Below the pieces are notes generated by a model, which saw only the letters and a program-made list of their open reading frames with translations, had not been told where the DNA came from and searched no databases. A program made the translations under genes and the position numbers. Positions 1 to 9,673 of a DNA stretch of 18,058 nucleotides are shown here, one piece after another. The stretch lies in NCBI GenBank assembly GCA_031366795.1, contig JANLOX010000365.1:1-18058 (forward strand). Reading direction: 5' to 3'. Position 1 is the stretch's first letter, and each line of letters starts with the position of its first letter. Source of the DNA: Candidatus Eiseniibacteriota bacterium. Lineage in GTDB: Bacteria; Eisenbacteria; RBG-16-71-46.

Positions 1-2166
1 GACGCCGTACCGGCCGATGATCGTCGCCATGCTCAACATCCCGCGGCCCAATCACCGACGCGGGGCACTGCACGCGATGAAAGCGTTAGGACCTCCCACG
101 GTACCCACGCCCACCACGCGGATGCAATGGCGCACGAGATGGGTCACGGCGCCGGCATGGATATGAAGGCCATGGCCCGCGACATGCGCAATCGCTTCCT
201 CATCGCGCTGGCTTTCAGCCTGCCTATCTTTGCGTACTCGCCCATGGGATTGACGTTCATTCGTCTGGCTCCGCCGTTCGGCGCGCGACTCGACGTCTTC
301 CTGTTCGTGCTGGCAAGCGCGGCAATCCTCTATCCGGTTTGGCCATTCGTCATCGCGGCCTATCGCGCGCTCAAGAGCGGGGTCGCGAACATGGCGGTGC
401 TGGTCGTTCTGAGTGTCGGCACAGGGTATCTGTTTAGCGTCGGCTCCACGTTCTGGTTCGGTGGACCGCAGTTCTACGAGGCATCGGCCATCCTGCTGGT
501 CTTCATCCTGCTCGGGCACTGGCTGGAGATGCGAGCCCGCGCCGGTGCTTCCGCCGCGATTCGCGCGCTCATGGATCTGGCACCGCCGAAAGCCATGGTG
601 CTGCGCGATGGCCGAGAGATCGAGGTCCCGACCGCCGAGGTCCTCGCTGATGACATCGTGGTGATCCGTCCCGGCAACAAAATCCCGGTAGACGGATCGG
701 TGACCGAGGGATCGTCCCTGGTGGACGAGTCGATGCTGACCGGCGAATCGATGCCCGTTGCCAAGAAGGTCGGCGACACCGTCATCGGCGCGACGATCAA
801 TAAGAGCGGCACCTTCCGTTATCGCGCAACGAAGGTCGGAGCAGACACCGCCCTTGCTCAGATCGTCAAACTGGTCCAGGAAGCCCAGAACTCGAAAGCC
901 CCCGCCCAGCTTCTGGCGGATCGCGCATCGCAGTGGCTGGTCTGGGCAGCGGTACTCGTTGGGGTGATTACCTTCGTCGTCTGGTATTGGGTGATCGGTC
1001 AACCCCTGCTGTTCGCGCTGAGTCTGACCATCACCGTGTTCGTGATCGCTTGCCCAGATGCGCTCGGCCTCGCGACGCCGATGGCGGTCATGGTCGGCAC
1101 GGGACTTGGCGCGGTGAACGGCATCCTCTTCAAGAACGCCTCTGCTTTGGAGGACGCGACCAAGCTCGACATCATCATCTTCGACAAGACAGGAACGCTG
1201 ACCATGGGCCAGCCCGAGGTCGTGGAGATGTTGGCGGCACCCGGCGTCACCGAGGAGCAACTCCTGTCCACGGCCGCGGCCGTCGAAGCGGGATCGGATC
1301 ATCCGCTGGCCCAGGCGATCCTGCGCCGGGCCGCAAGCGTGACTACACCCAAGGCGACCGGCTTCACGAATCTCGAGGGCATGGGAGCGCAGGCTGAGGT
1401 CGATGGCAAAGCCGTCTTTCTGGGCAATGGGCGGCTCATGAGCGTACAAAAGATCGACCTGGGGGGGCTTGCTTCCAAGTCTGCCGAATTGCAGGGTGCC
1501 GGCCGCACCGTCGTTCATGTGGCTCAGGCCGGTCAGATCCTGGGACTTTTCGCCATCGCCGACGCGCCTCGGCCAACGGCCGCATTGGCGGTGAAGGCGC
1601 TGCGCGAGCGCGGCGTGGAGGTCGCGATGCTGACCGGCGACAATCGGGGCACGGCCGAGCGCATCGCGAGCGGGCTCGGTATTGATCTCGTATTCGCTGA
1701 TGTGCTCCCCGGCGACAAGGCGAGCAAGGTCAAGGAACTCCAGGCGCAAGGAAAGAAGGTTGGCATGGTGGGTGATGGCGTGAACGACGCTCCGGCGTTG
1801 ACCCAGGCCGATGTTGGTATCGCAATTGGCGCCGGCACGGATGTCGCGATGGAGAGCGCCGACATCGTCTTGATGAAGAGCGACCCTTTCGATGTCGTCG
1901 GTGCCATCGAGATCTCCCATGCCACGTTGCGGAAGATGCACCAGAATTTGTGGTGGGCCGTCGGTTATAACGTCATCGCGTTCCCGCTCGCCGCAGGCGT
2001 CCTCTCGCCGGTGCTGCTAAGCCCCAGTATCGCTGCGCTCGCCATGTCTGGCAGCTCGGCGCTGGTCGCGATCAACGCGTTGATGCTGAAGCGTACGAAG
2101 CTCACCGACATTAATCGAAGTGCCATCCATTCGCCCACCGCGGTACCATTGGAGGCGCCGGCGTGA
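1..2166 (+). CDS. copA: Heavy-metal (copper)-translocating P1B-type ATPase, probably 5'-partial
   Basis: Motifs [35 protein letters not shown], plus GYN and MSGSS in the last TM helices (Cu-type). Frame 1 is open from base 1 ([10 protein letters not shown]...[24 protein letters not shown]), so the true start is probably upstream of the window rather than at 127. Confidence 0.93.
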   Translation, partial: DAVPADDRRHAQHPAAQSPTRGTARDESVRTSHGTHAHHADAMAHEMGHGAGMDMKAMARDMRNRFLIALAFSLPIFAYSPMGLTFIRLAPPFGARLDVFLFVLASAAILYPVWPFVIAAYRALKSGVANMAVLVVLSVGTGYLFSVGSTFWFGGPQFYEASAILLVFILLGHWLEMRARAGASAAIRALMDLAPPKAMVLRDGREIEVPTAEVLADDIVVIRPGNKIPVDGSVTEGSSLVDESMLTGESMPVAKKVGDTVIGATINKSGTFRYRATKVGADTALAQIVKLVQEAQNSKAPAQLLADRASQWLVWAAVLVGVITFVVWYWVIGQPLLFALSLTITVFVIACPDALGLATPMAVMVGTGLGAVNGILFKNASALEDATKLDIIIFDKTGTLTMGQPEVVEMLAAPGVTEEQLLSTAAAVEAGSDHPLAQAILRRAASVTTPKATGFTNLEGMGAQAEVDGKAVFLGNGRLMSVQKIDLGGLASKSAELQGAGRTVVHVAQAGQILGLFAIADAPRPTAALAVKALRERGVEVAMLTGDNRGTAERIASGLGIDLVFADVLPGDKASKVKELQAQGKKVGMVGDGVNDAPALTQADVGIAIGAGTDVAMESADIVLMKSDPFDVVGAIEISHATLRKMHQNLWWAVGYNVIAFPLAAGVLSPVLLSPSIAALAMSGSSALVAINALMLKRTKLTDINRSAIHSPTAVPLEAPA

Positions 2167-2270
2167 CGACCGGTAGCCATCGCTCAGCCGGCGTCGCCCC
2201 CTGGACCATGGCGACACTGGTGTTCGCGGTGTTCAGGATCGAGCGACTCCAGGACGTGTCCTGCGTATGA
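2163..2270 (+). CDS. Possible 35-aa small ORF or gene remnant coupled to the ATPase ([35 protein letters not shown])
   Basis: GTG at 2163 overlaps the ATPase stop (GTGA). GGAGG at 2151-2155 lies 7 nt upstream and TGA is at 2268-2270. No recognised homology. Confidence 0.25.
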   Translation: MTTGSHRSAGVAPWTMATLVFAVFRIERLQDVSCV

Positions 2271-2286
2271 CGGTTGGGAGGAGCGC

Positions 2287-3918
2287 ATGGTCGTAATGAT
2301 CGACGCGGAGAAAAGCAGTCTGCTGCGAGCGGCGCCGCGACTAATGCACATCCTGCGCGTGCTCGCCCGACACAACTGCATGGGCGCGCTGCTCGGAAAG
2401 AGACATTGGCCGTCGCCGAAGGAGGTACGGGACACCTTCGAGGAACTGGGGCTAGTCTTTCTCAAGTTCGGACAAGTGCTCGCGATGCGGCGAGACCTGC
2501 TGCCGGCCGCCTACATCGATGAGCTTGAACTGCTGCACGACGAATTACCGGCAATGGGCATTGACGCGGTGCGCGTGACAGTCGAAGGCGAACTGCGCAA
2601 CCCGTTGACAAAGGTGTTCTCTTCGTTCGGCGAGACACCGCTAGCCGCCGCCACCATCGCCCAGGTGCATGAGGCAACGATGCAGGACGGCCGTCACGTG
2701 GCAGTGAAGGTGCAGCGGCCCGGTCTCAAAGCAATAATCTCCTCGGATATCGCGGCACTGACCTACCTGGTAACGCTGGGAGAGAGGCTGTTTCCGCGAC
2801 TACGCGCATTCGACCTGCCCGTTGTGGTGCGTGAGTTTGCCATCACTCTGAACCGGGAAACCGATTTCAGTCGCGAGGCGCGTTCAATGGTGCTCTTTCG
2901 CAGAGCGCTTGCTGATGTTCCCGACCTCTGGATTCCGGATGTCATGCCAGAGTGTTCGAGCAGAACCGTGCTGACGATGGAGTTTTCAGCCGGCACAAGG
3001 ATAGATCACCACGCCAAGCTGCACCCGGAAGCAATGCCGCGGTCGATCAACACCCTTATGAGGGTGATGCTGCAGACGATCTTCGAAGAAGGGCTGTTTC
3101 ACGCCGACCCGCATCCCGGCAATGTGTTCGTTCTGCCCGACGGGCGGTTGAGCCTTCTTGATTTCGGGAATACGGGTGAGCTTGACGAGCCGATGCGCGA
3201 ATCGCTGATTCTCCTGCTCGAAGCGGTCGTCAAAGACGATGCGCGGGCCGCCACAGAAGCGTATCTCGAAATGGCACTGGCGAGCGAAGACGTCAACCGT
3301 GCGGCGCTATTGGTGGACATGAAGGCAGCGTTCCATGACATCAACAGGGGCGACCTGGCAGATGTGTCAATCGGGGACGTGTTCGATTCGCTTCTGCGTG
3401 CCGGAAGCCGGAACGGGGTACACAATCCGGCAGAGTTTGTCCTCCTGACGCGCGCTTTCGTCATCTTGGAGTCGATGACACGCCAACTCGCTCCCCAGCA
3501 TGATTACATGGAATCGTTTCGCGAAGAGATCGCACGCCTTACCGCGAAACACTTCTCATCGGCGCGGATCAAGGAGAAGACAACCACGCTTGCGCGCGAA
3601 CTGGAGCGCTTGGTAAGTGACGCGCCCGGCGACACGCGTCGCGTCCTTCGACGTATCGCCGAAGGCAATCTGGGCCGAGTACAGGCTCCGGCGTTGGAGG
3701 CCTTGGGGGATCGCATCAGCCGCAATGTCGAGCGTCTGGCCGGTGCCATCGCTGCCGCGGCGCTCGTGATCGGCGGCTCGATGCTGTTGATTGCTCGGCT
3801 GGGCGGCTGGCATCATATTCTCGGCCAAATAATGGTCACCAGCGGGATTGTTGGCATGCTCATCAACCGTATCGGTGCGTTGGGTCGCGACCGGCTAGGG
3901 CGGAAAAGAACCCGGTAA
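2287..3918 (+). CDS. ABC1/UbiB (AarF) family atypical kinase
   Basis: KFGQ (KxGQ), Ala-rich loop AAATIAQVH, VAVKVQRP, HADPHPGN, LLDFG, and two C-terminal hydrophobic helices. SD GGGAGGAG precedes ATG 2287. Confidence 0.9.
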   Translation: MVVMIDAEKSSLLRAAPRLMHILRVLARHNCMGALLGKRHWPSPKEVRDTFEELGLVFLKFGQVLAMRRDLLPAAYIDELELLHDELPAMGIDAVRVTVEGELRNPLTKVFSSFGETPLAAATIAQVHEATMQDGRHVAVKVQRPGLKAIISSDIAALTYLVTLGERLFPRLRAFDLPVVVREFAITLNRETDFSREARSMVLFRRALADVPDLWIPDVMPECSSRTVLTMEFSAGTRIDHHAKLHPEAMPRSINTLMRVMLQTIFEEGLFHADPHPGNVFVLPDGRLSLLDFGNTGELDEPMRESLILLLEAVVKDDARAATEAYLEMALASEDVNRAALLVDMKAAFHDINRGDLADVSIGDVFDSLLRAGSRNGVHNPAEFVLLTRAFVILESMTRQLAPQHDYMESFREEIARLTAKHFSSARIKEKTTTLARELERLVSDAPGDTRRVLRRIAEGNLGRVQAPALEALGDRISRNVERLAGAIAAAALVIGGSMLLIARLGGWHHILGQIMVTSGIVGMLINRIGALGRDRLGRKRTR

Positions 3919-4023
3919 GAAGCGCGATGAGGCGACCTTCTCGAGCATCATGCCGAAGCCGCAGCATCGTTCATGATTCGCAGGCGCCATTTGGGAAGCA
4001 GAGCGTGAGGAGAGTAATTACCC

Positions 4024-6375
4024 ATGAAGGATGCGCGATTGCATGAGGCACTCGGCCCACTCGACGCATATTGGCGAGCCGCGAACTACCTTTCGGTAGG
4101 CCAGATTTATCTTCGCGACAACCCACTTCTTCGGGAGCCACTCCAGCACCAGCATCTCAAGCCTCGGTTGCTCGGCCATTGGGGAACGACCCCGGGCCTG
4201 AACTTCATTTGCGCACACTTGAACCGGGTCATTCGACGGCACGACCTGAACATGATCTGCCTGTTGGGGCCAGGCCACGGCGGGCCTGCGGCGATCGCCA
4301 ACGCTTATCTCGAGGGGACCTATAGCGAAGTGTATCCAGACGTCTCCCTGGACGAACTTGGAATGAAGCGACTGTTCAAGCAGTTCTCTTTTCCGGGAGG
4401 CGTCCCCAGCCACGTCGCACCGGAGACTCCCGGTTCCATCCACGAAGGCGGCGAGCTCGGCTATGCGCTGTCGCACGCCTATGGTGCGGCGTTCGACAAT
4501 CCCGACCTCACCGTCTCGTGCGTCATCGGTGACGGCGAGGCGGAAACTGCTGCGCTTGCGACGAGCTGGCACTCGAACAAGTTCTTGAACCCAGCACGCG
4601 ATGGTGCCGTCCTGCCGATCCTGCACCTGAATGGCTACAAGATCGCAGGGCCAACGGTGCTCGCCCGCATCTCGCACCTCGAGCTTGAACAGTTGCTCCG
4701 GGGCTACGGGTTCGAACCCCATTTCGTCGAGGGATCCGAACCATTCGCAATGCACCAGCAGATGGCCACGACCCTGGACGGTGTTGTCGACACATTGAAG
4801 AATATCCGGGTGGACGCGCGTGTCCGCGGTGTGCTTACCCGCCCACGCTGGCCGATGATCGTCCTTCGCAGCCCGAAGGGTTGGACGGGCCCAAAAGTAG
4901 TCGACGGCCATCCGGTTGAGGGAACATTCCGGGCGCACCAAGTTCCCATCAGCGATATGGACCGTCCTGAGAACGTCCGCCTGCTCGAAGCGTGGATGAA
5001 GAGCTACCGGCCGGAAGAGCTGTTCGACGCCAAGGGGCAACCCACCGCCGAGCTCAACGAGTGCGCGCCGAAGGGCGCACGCCGCATGAGCGCAAACCCG
5101 CATGCGAATGGTGGCATGCTTTTACGCGATCTCAAGGTGCCGGACTTCCGTCGCTACGCAGTCGAAGTGCCAAGTCCTGGATCGACACTGGCGGAGGCCA
5201 CGCGGGTACAGGGCGAGCTTATGCGCGATGTCATCAAGCACAATCCAACGAACTTCCGGATATTCAGCCCCGACGAGACGTCGTCTAATCGTTGGGCCGC
5301 CGTATTCGAGGTCACCGACCGCGCATCCATGGCCGAGATCCTCGAGAGCGACGAGCACGTGGCACAAGATGGCCGGATCATGGAAATGCTAAGCGAGAAT
5401 CAGTGCCAGGGATGGCTCGAGGGATACCTGCTTACGGGGCGCCACGGGTTCTTCTCCTGCTACGAAGCCTTCATTCACATCATCGACTCGATGTTCAACC
5501 AACACGCGAAGTGGTTGAAGGTCACCCGCCACATTCCCTGGCGGCGTCCGATCGCCTCGCTCAACTACCTGCTGACGTCGCACGTCTGGCGACAGGATCA
5601 CAACGGCTTCAGCCATCAGGATCCAGGATTCATCGACCACGTGGTGAACAAGAAGGCGGAGGTCATTCGAGTCTACCTGCCACCCGATGCCAATACGCTT
5701 CTCTCGGTGACCAATCACTGTCTGCGCAGCCTCAACTACGTGAACGTGATCGTCGCCGGCAAGCAGCCCGAGCTCCAGTGGCTGACGATGGAAGAGGCCA
5801 TCAGGCACTGCGCCCTCGGCATTGGGATCTGGGAGTGGGCCAGCAGCGACAAGGGCTCCGAGCCCGATGTCGTGTTGGCGTGCTGCGGCGACGTCCCCAC
5901 GCTCGAGACTCTCGCGGCCGTCGACCTTCTTAGCTCGCTTGCCCCCGATCTCAGAGTGCGCGTCGTCAATGTCGTGGATCTCATGCGGCTCCAGCCAGTG
6001 AGTGAACATCCGCATGGGCTCAGCGACGAGGAGTTCGACGAGCTGTTCACACCGGACAAGCCGATCATCTTTGCGTTTCACGGCTACCCCTGGCTGATTC
6101 ATCGCTTGACCTATCGACGTACAAACCATGGGAACCTTCACGTCCGCGGATATAAGGAGGAGGGAACGACGACGACGCCATTCGATATGACGGTGCTCAA
6201 CGATCTCGACCGCTTCCATCGCGTGATCGACGTCGCCGAACGCGTGCCGTGCCTCGCGACGCGCGCCGCGCAGATACGGCAAGCAATGCATGAGAGGCTC
6301 GCCGAGCATAGTGCGTACATCAGGACTCACGGCGATGACATGCCCGAGATAAAAAACTGGAGATGGTCGCGGTGA
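4024..6375 (+). CDS. xfp: Phosphoketolase (xylulose-5-P/fructose-6-P)
   Basis: 783 aa with [22 protein letters not shown]-binding GDGEAET...[22 protein letters not shown] and [19 protein letters not shown] upstream. Confidence 0.96.
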   Translation: MKDARLHEALGPLDAYWRAANYLSVGQIYLRDNPLLREPLQHQHLKPRLLGHWGTTPGLNFICAHLNRVIRRHDLNMICLLGPGHGGPAAIANAYLEGTYSEVYPDVSLDELGMKRLFKQFSFPGGVPSHVAPETPGSIHEGGELGYALSHAYGAAFDNPDLTVSCVIGDGEAETAALATSWHSNKFLNPARDGAVLPILHLNGYKIAGPTVLARISHLELEQLLRGYGFEPHFVEGSEPFAMHQQMATTLDGVVDTLKNIRVDARVRGVLTRPRWPMIVLRSPKGWTGPKVVDGHPVEGTFRAHQVPISDMDRPENVRLLEAWMKSYRPEELFDAKGQPTAELNECAPKGARRMSANPHANGGMLLRDLKVPDFRRYAVEVPSPGSTLAEATRVQGELMRDVIKHNPTNFRIFSPDETSSNRWAAVFEVTDRASMAEILESDEHVAQDGRIMEMLSENQCQGWLEGYLLTGRHGFFSCYEAFIHIIDSMFNQHAKWLKVTRHIPWRRPIASLNYLLTSHVWRQDHNGFSHQDPGFIDHVVNKKAEVIRVYLPPDANTLLSVTNHCLRSLNYVNVIVAGKQPELQWLTMEEAIRHCALGIGIWEWASSDKGSEPDVVLACCGDVPTLETLAAVDLLSSLAPDLRVRVVNVVDLMRLQPVSEHPHGLSDEEFDELFTPDKPIIFAFHGYPWLIHRLTYRRTNHGNLHVRGYKEEGTTTTPFDMTVLNDLDRFHRVIDVAERVPCLATRAAQIRQAMHERLAEHSAYIRTHGDDMPEIKNWRWSR

Positions 6376-7511
6376 AACGGATCCTCGTTTTCAACAGCGG
6401 GTCAAGCACGCTCAAGTGGACGCTGCTGGATGCAAAGGACGAGTCCACGCTGGCGGAAGGCGTCGAGTCATGGGCCGTAGCGGGGGAGGCGCGACGCATC
6501 GAGCAGATCCAGGCGGTGTTGCGTGGCGTTCCGGAGTGTGACGCAGTGGGCCATCGCATCGTCGATGCCGGGACACGTTATCACGAGACGATTGCCGTAG
6601 ATGCGCGTGTTCGAGCGGACCTCGAATCGTTGGTCGAGCGGGATCCCATTCATATGCGATCGGCGCTGGAAGGGATAGATGCCGTCCAGGCGCAACTTCC
6701 CGGCGTCCCGCAGTTTGTGGCGTTCGACACGGCATTTCACGCTACGCTCCCCGCGGCGGCTGCGGGTTATGCCCTACCTTTCGAATGGACTGAGAAATGG
6801 GATCTCAGGAGACTAGGTTTTCACGGCCTGAGCGTTGCCTACTCCTCACAGCGAGCGCGTGAGCTGACTGGAGGGGTGGTGCCGCGCCTGGTCGTATGCC
6901 ACTTGGGGAGCGGGTGCTCCGTGTCGGCCGTGGCTGAAGGACGCTCCGTCGATACGACCATGGGATTCAGCCCGCTCGAGGGACTCGTGATGGGGACGCG
7001 TTCCGGCTCAGTCGATCCGGGACTACTCCTCCATCTCCAGCTCCAGCACGGGGTGACTCCCACCGAAATGTTTGAAACACTCACGACACGCTCCGGCTTG
7101 CTCGGTGTCTCGGGCGTGTCGGCGGATCTCCGGGAGGTGCTCACCGCTGCGGGGGCCGGCTCGTCCCGCGCAGCCCTCGCGTATGAACTCTTTGTCATGA
7201 GTGTGAGACGCGCCGTCGGGGCCATGACGAGCGTCCTCGCCGGATTGGACGTCCTGGTGTTCACGGGTGGCATCGGAGAAAACAGCAACCGCGTGCGTCG
7301 CGATGTTGCCTCCTCGCTTTCATTCGCCGGTGCACAGTTGGACGAAGAGAAGAACCGGTCTGCGGTTCCTGACGTAGACATCGCGCGGCGCGACTCTAAG
7401 GTGCGAATCCTCATCGTTCGTGCGCGGGAGGACCTGATCATTCTTCGAGAGATGCTCAGGTGCGCGGAGATTATCCGGGCGCGGGTCCCAGCTTCTTGGG
7501 CAGATGGCTGA
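6372..7511 (+). CDS. ackA: Acetate/propionate kinase family protein
   Basis: [54 protein letters not shown]. Start placed at GTG 6372 (GTGA overlap with the xfp stop; GGAG at 6359-6362); ATG 6363 is the alternative. Confidence 0.92.
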   Translation: MKRILVFNSGSSTLKWTLLDAKDESTLAEGVESWAVAGEARRIEQIQAVLRGVPECDAVGHRIVDAGTRYHETIAVDARVRADLESLVERDPIHMRSALEGIDAVQAQLPGVPQFVAFDTAFHATLPAAAAGYALPFEWTEKWDLRRLGFHGLSVAYSSQRARELTGGVVPRLVVCHLGSGCSVSAVAEGRSVDTTMGFSPLEGLVMGTRSGSVDPGLLLHLQLQHGVTPTEMFETLTTRSGLLGVSGVSADLREVLTAAGAGSSRAALAYELFVMSVRRAVGAMTSVLAGLDVLVFTGGIGENSNRVRRDVASSLSFAGAQLDEEKNRSAVPDVDIARRDSKVRILIVRAREDLIILREMLRCAEIIRARVPASWADG

Positions 7512-7706
7512 TGGTCGACGAGGGTCTCTCGTGGGGAGTTGCTCACCGGCCGTCTCATCGGAACTGCCAAATCAGCGGATCGTTCTGCAAAGTTGTCATA
7601 CCGATCGCTAGATCGCTGAGCTCTCCTCGAAGAAGGGTGCGAGGTAACGCCATGGGGAATCAGGAACTACGCTCAGCCCGAGCAGTCGACTCGGTGCACG
7701 GACCCG

Positions 7707-7722
7707 TGGCCCAAGTCTTGCG
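7707..7722 (+). promoter_or_regulatory. Putative sigma54 (-24/-12) promoter for the leader-efflux operon
   Basis: TGGCCCAAGTCTTGCG has exact GG-N10-GC spacing with TGGC and TTGC boxes. It is intergenic, about 80 nt upstream of ATG 7803. Confidence 0.55.
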
Positions 7723-7802
7723 CAACCGCCCAGCGGCCGCCCTCACTTCCAATGCGTCTGGTGGATTCAGGGTGGCAAGTAGTGCCTGAGCCGGAGAGAC
7801 TG

Positions 7803-8228
7803 ATGAGACGCATGCGAATCCCGAACCTCGTGCTTGCCGCCACGCTCGCGCTGCTATTGCCGCTCGAGCAGGCGCACTGCGCTTGGATGGGATTGCAGAA
7901 GCATGCGGCACCGGTCTCCGCCACCTCGACTACTGGGCACGCGTGCTGCGGGTCGGCAACGGCGTGTGTGCCCCTGCACCATTCGCAGCCGAAGCACATT
8001 CCCCAGGCCTGCAGGTGCGCTCAAATACCCTTGGCCAAGCTGCCGACGGCTTTTGTGTACGGTGGTGAAGCCCCCTCGGTGTCATCGCTCGTAGTGCTCA
8101 CAGCCCCCTCGGTCATCGCGCCGGTCTCGTTTGTCACGGAGATCGTTCCGGCACTTGATGTAGGGAATTCCCTACTCCCGGATGACCCCGACGCCCACGG
8201 TCTGCGCGCCCCGCCCGCTTCCGCTTAG
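7803..8228 (+). CDS. Exported Cys/His-rich leader protein with C-terminal RAPP motif (DUF2946/CruR/CutF-like putative arrest peptide)
   Basis: GGAG at 7793-7796 precedes ATG 7803. N-terminus is signal-peptide-like (MRRMRIPNLVLAATLALLLPLEQAHCA), followed by HACC, CVPLHH and CRC. The protein ends HGLRAPPASA-stop, immediately upstream of the efflux operon. Confidence 0.75.
   Translation: MRRMRIPNLVLAATLALLLPLEQAHCAWMGLQKHAAPVSATSTTGHACCGSATACVPLHHSQPKHIPQACRCAQIPLAKLPTAFVYGGEAPSVSSLVVLTAPSVIAPVSFVTEIVPALDVGNSLLPDDPDAHGLRAPPASA
8069..8119 (+). repeat. Imperfect direct repeat AGCCCCCTCGGT(GT)CATCGC inside the leader ORF
   Basis: Copies start at 8069 and 8102 (33 nt apart) and both encode APSV. 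Confidence 0.6.
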
Positions 8229-8374
8229 CTCCTCAGCTCCGCTGGCAGCGAGGTTCACGCATTTGGCGCGTACTCGCTCGCGGAGCCCCTTCGCCGACGG
8301 CACCGTGTCGCCGGGCTGCCAAGCGGATGCATTGATAGCGCTCAAGCGTGTGCGCGGGAACGAGGGATTCTCCC
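8220..8374 (+). promoter_or_regulatory. Structured mRNA spacer between leader ORF and tolC-like gene (candidate attenuator)
   Basis: 8238-8249 TCCGCTGGCAGC pairs with 8315-8327 GCTGCCAAGCGGA (12 bp, one bulge). Alternatives are 8220-8226 TCCGCTT with 8321-8327 AAGCGGA, and 8236-8242 GCTCCGC with 8280-8286 GCGGAGC. Confidence 0.45.
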
Positions 8375-9673
8375 ATGAGATCAGTGGTATCACGTGGCGT
8401 CGTCGCTTTGGCCGCGCTGCTTGCCGTGGTTCCCCACGGGGCAATAGCACTGGATCTCCAGGCCGCGCTACGTGAGGTCGCAACGACGAATCCCACGCTC
8501 GCAAGTCGGCGCGCGATGGTCGAGGCGGCTCGCCGTCGTGTCGCGCCCGCAGGTGCGTGGCAGTCCCCGATGGTCGAGATCGGGGCGCTGAACGTGCCGA
8601 CCAACGGGCGGTTCGACATGGAACCCATGACTATGAAGATGGTCGGGATCGAGCAGCGCGTGCCCGTCTTTGGAGCCAATCGACTCAGCCGGCGTTCGGC
8701 GGGCGCCGCGGCGCAGGCCGAGGGTGCCGGTCTCGAGATGGCGAACTATGAGCTGTTCTCGATGGCGTGGGAGGCCTACGCCGACGCGTACTACGCTGGC
8801 CAACTCGCCGAATCGAGCCTCGCCCACCGCGGCGAGATGGAACGGTTGGTCCGCTCCGCCCGGGCGCGCTATGACTCGGGGAACGGCCGACTGGAGGATG
8901 TGCTGCGGGCAGAAGCGGAGCAAGCCCGCATACTCTCGGATCTCGCAGCCTTCGAATCGGAGGCGCAGGGCGCACGGGCGCGACTCGCGGCGCTGATGGG
9001 CCGCGAATCCGCCGCTCTGGCGGACTCGCTCGAAACTCCTCCGGTGTCGTCTCCGCCAGAGGACCCGGCCGCGATCATCGCATGGGTCAATGAAAGCCAC
9101 CCACGGCTGCGTGCGCTGCGTGCGCAGGTGGACCGCTACCAGCTGGCCGCACGTGCAGCGCGCCGGATGATCTGGCCAGATCTAAACATGAGCGTGTCGT
9201 ACGGGATTCGTCAGCCCATCATGGGGGTCGCCCAGGACAACATGTGGTCGGCGACAGTCGGGTTCATGCTGCCGGTGTTCGCCAACCAACGCGAGCTCTC
9301 GGAAGCGTCCGAGATGGACGCGATGGCCCGGGCGTCCGAGAGCGATTTGCGCGCGGCCACGCTGGACCTGGATCAGCAGGCTCGCAGCCTGCATGCCAGT
9401 GCGCGGGCGGACTCGCGAACCGTCTCGCTGCTAGCCGACACGGTCGTCACCACCCAGCGCCGCGCGGTCGCGGCATCGTGGAGCGCATACAAAGCGGGGG
9501 CCACCGATCTGTGGCGCGTGTTCGAGGCCACCCACGCACTTTACGGCGAGGAGGTCGCGCTAATGCGCGCCCGCCAGGATCTCGCCCGCAATGAGGCCAG
9601 ACTGCTCGCCATCACGGCTCGCGGAGACCTGTTCGGCCTGACCCTGCCCGAGATCAAGAGGAGCGAACGATGA
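8375..9673 (+). CDS. TolC-family outer membrane efflux protein (CusC-role) of a heavy-metal RND system
   Basis: Signal peptide, NP(T)L motif, two OEP-like repeats (ARYDSGNGRLEDVLRA; SAYKAGATDLWRV) and a Met-rich loop FDMEPMTMKMVG. First gene of a coupled OMP-MFP-RND triad. SD GAGGG at 8362-8366 favours ATG 8375. Confidence 0.88.
   Translation: MRSVVSRGVVALAALLAVVPHGAIALDLQAALREVATTNPTLASRRAMVEAARRRVAPAGAWQSPMVEIGALNVPTNGRFDMEPMTMKMVGIEQRVPVFGANRLSRRSAGAAAQAEGAGLEMANYELFSMAWEAYADAYYAGQLAESSLAHRGEMERLVRSARARYDSGNGRLEDVLRAEAEQARILSDLAAFESEAQGARARLAALMGRESAALADSLETPPVSSPPEDPAAIIAWVNESHPRLRALRAQVDRYQLAARAARRMIWPDLNMSVSYGIRQPIMGVAQDNMWSATVGFMLPVFANQRELSEASEMDAMARASESDLRAATLDLDQQARSLHASARADSRTVSLLADTVVTTQRRAVAASWSAYKAGATDLWRVFEATHALYGEEVALMRARQDLARNEARLLAITARGDLFGLTLPEIKRSER

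Noticed and set aside
52..1941. 629-aa minus-strand ORF
   Set aside because: Antisense shadow of the ATPase, typical of GC-rich codon bias, with no recognisable motifs.
4018..6330. Long minus-strand ORFs (361 and 313 aa) opposite xfp
   Set aside because: Antisense shadows of a well-supported gene.
7678..7694. Inverted repeat CCGAG-N7-CTCGG upstream of the sigma54 motif
   Set aside because: Only 5-bp arms in GC-rich DNA, expected by chance.
7460..7789. 109-aa + ORF, including an ATG overlapping the ackA stop
   Set aside because: No SD or protein-like features, and it overlaps the probable promoter region.
7752..7802. Track start of the leader ORF at 7752
   Set aside because: ATG 7803 has a GGAG SD and places the signal peptide at the N-terminus.
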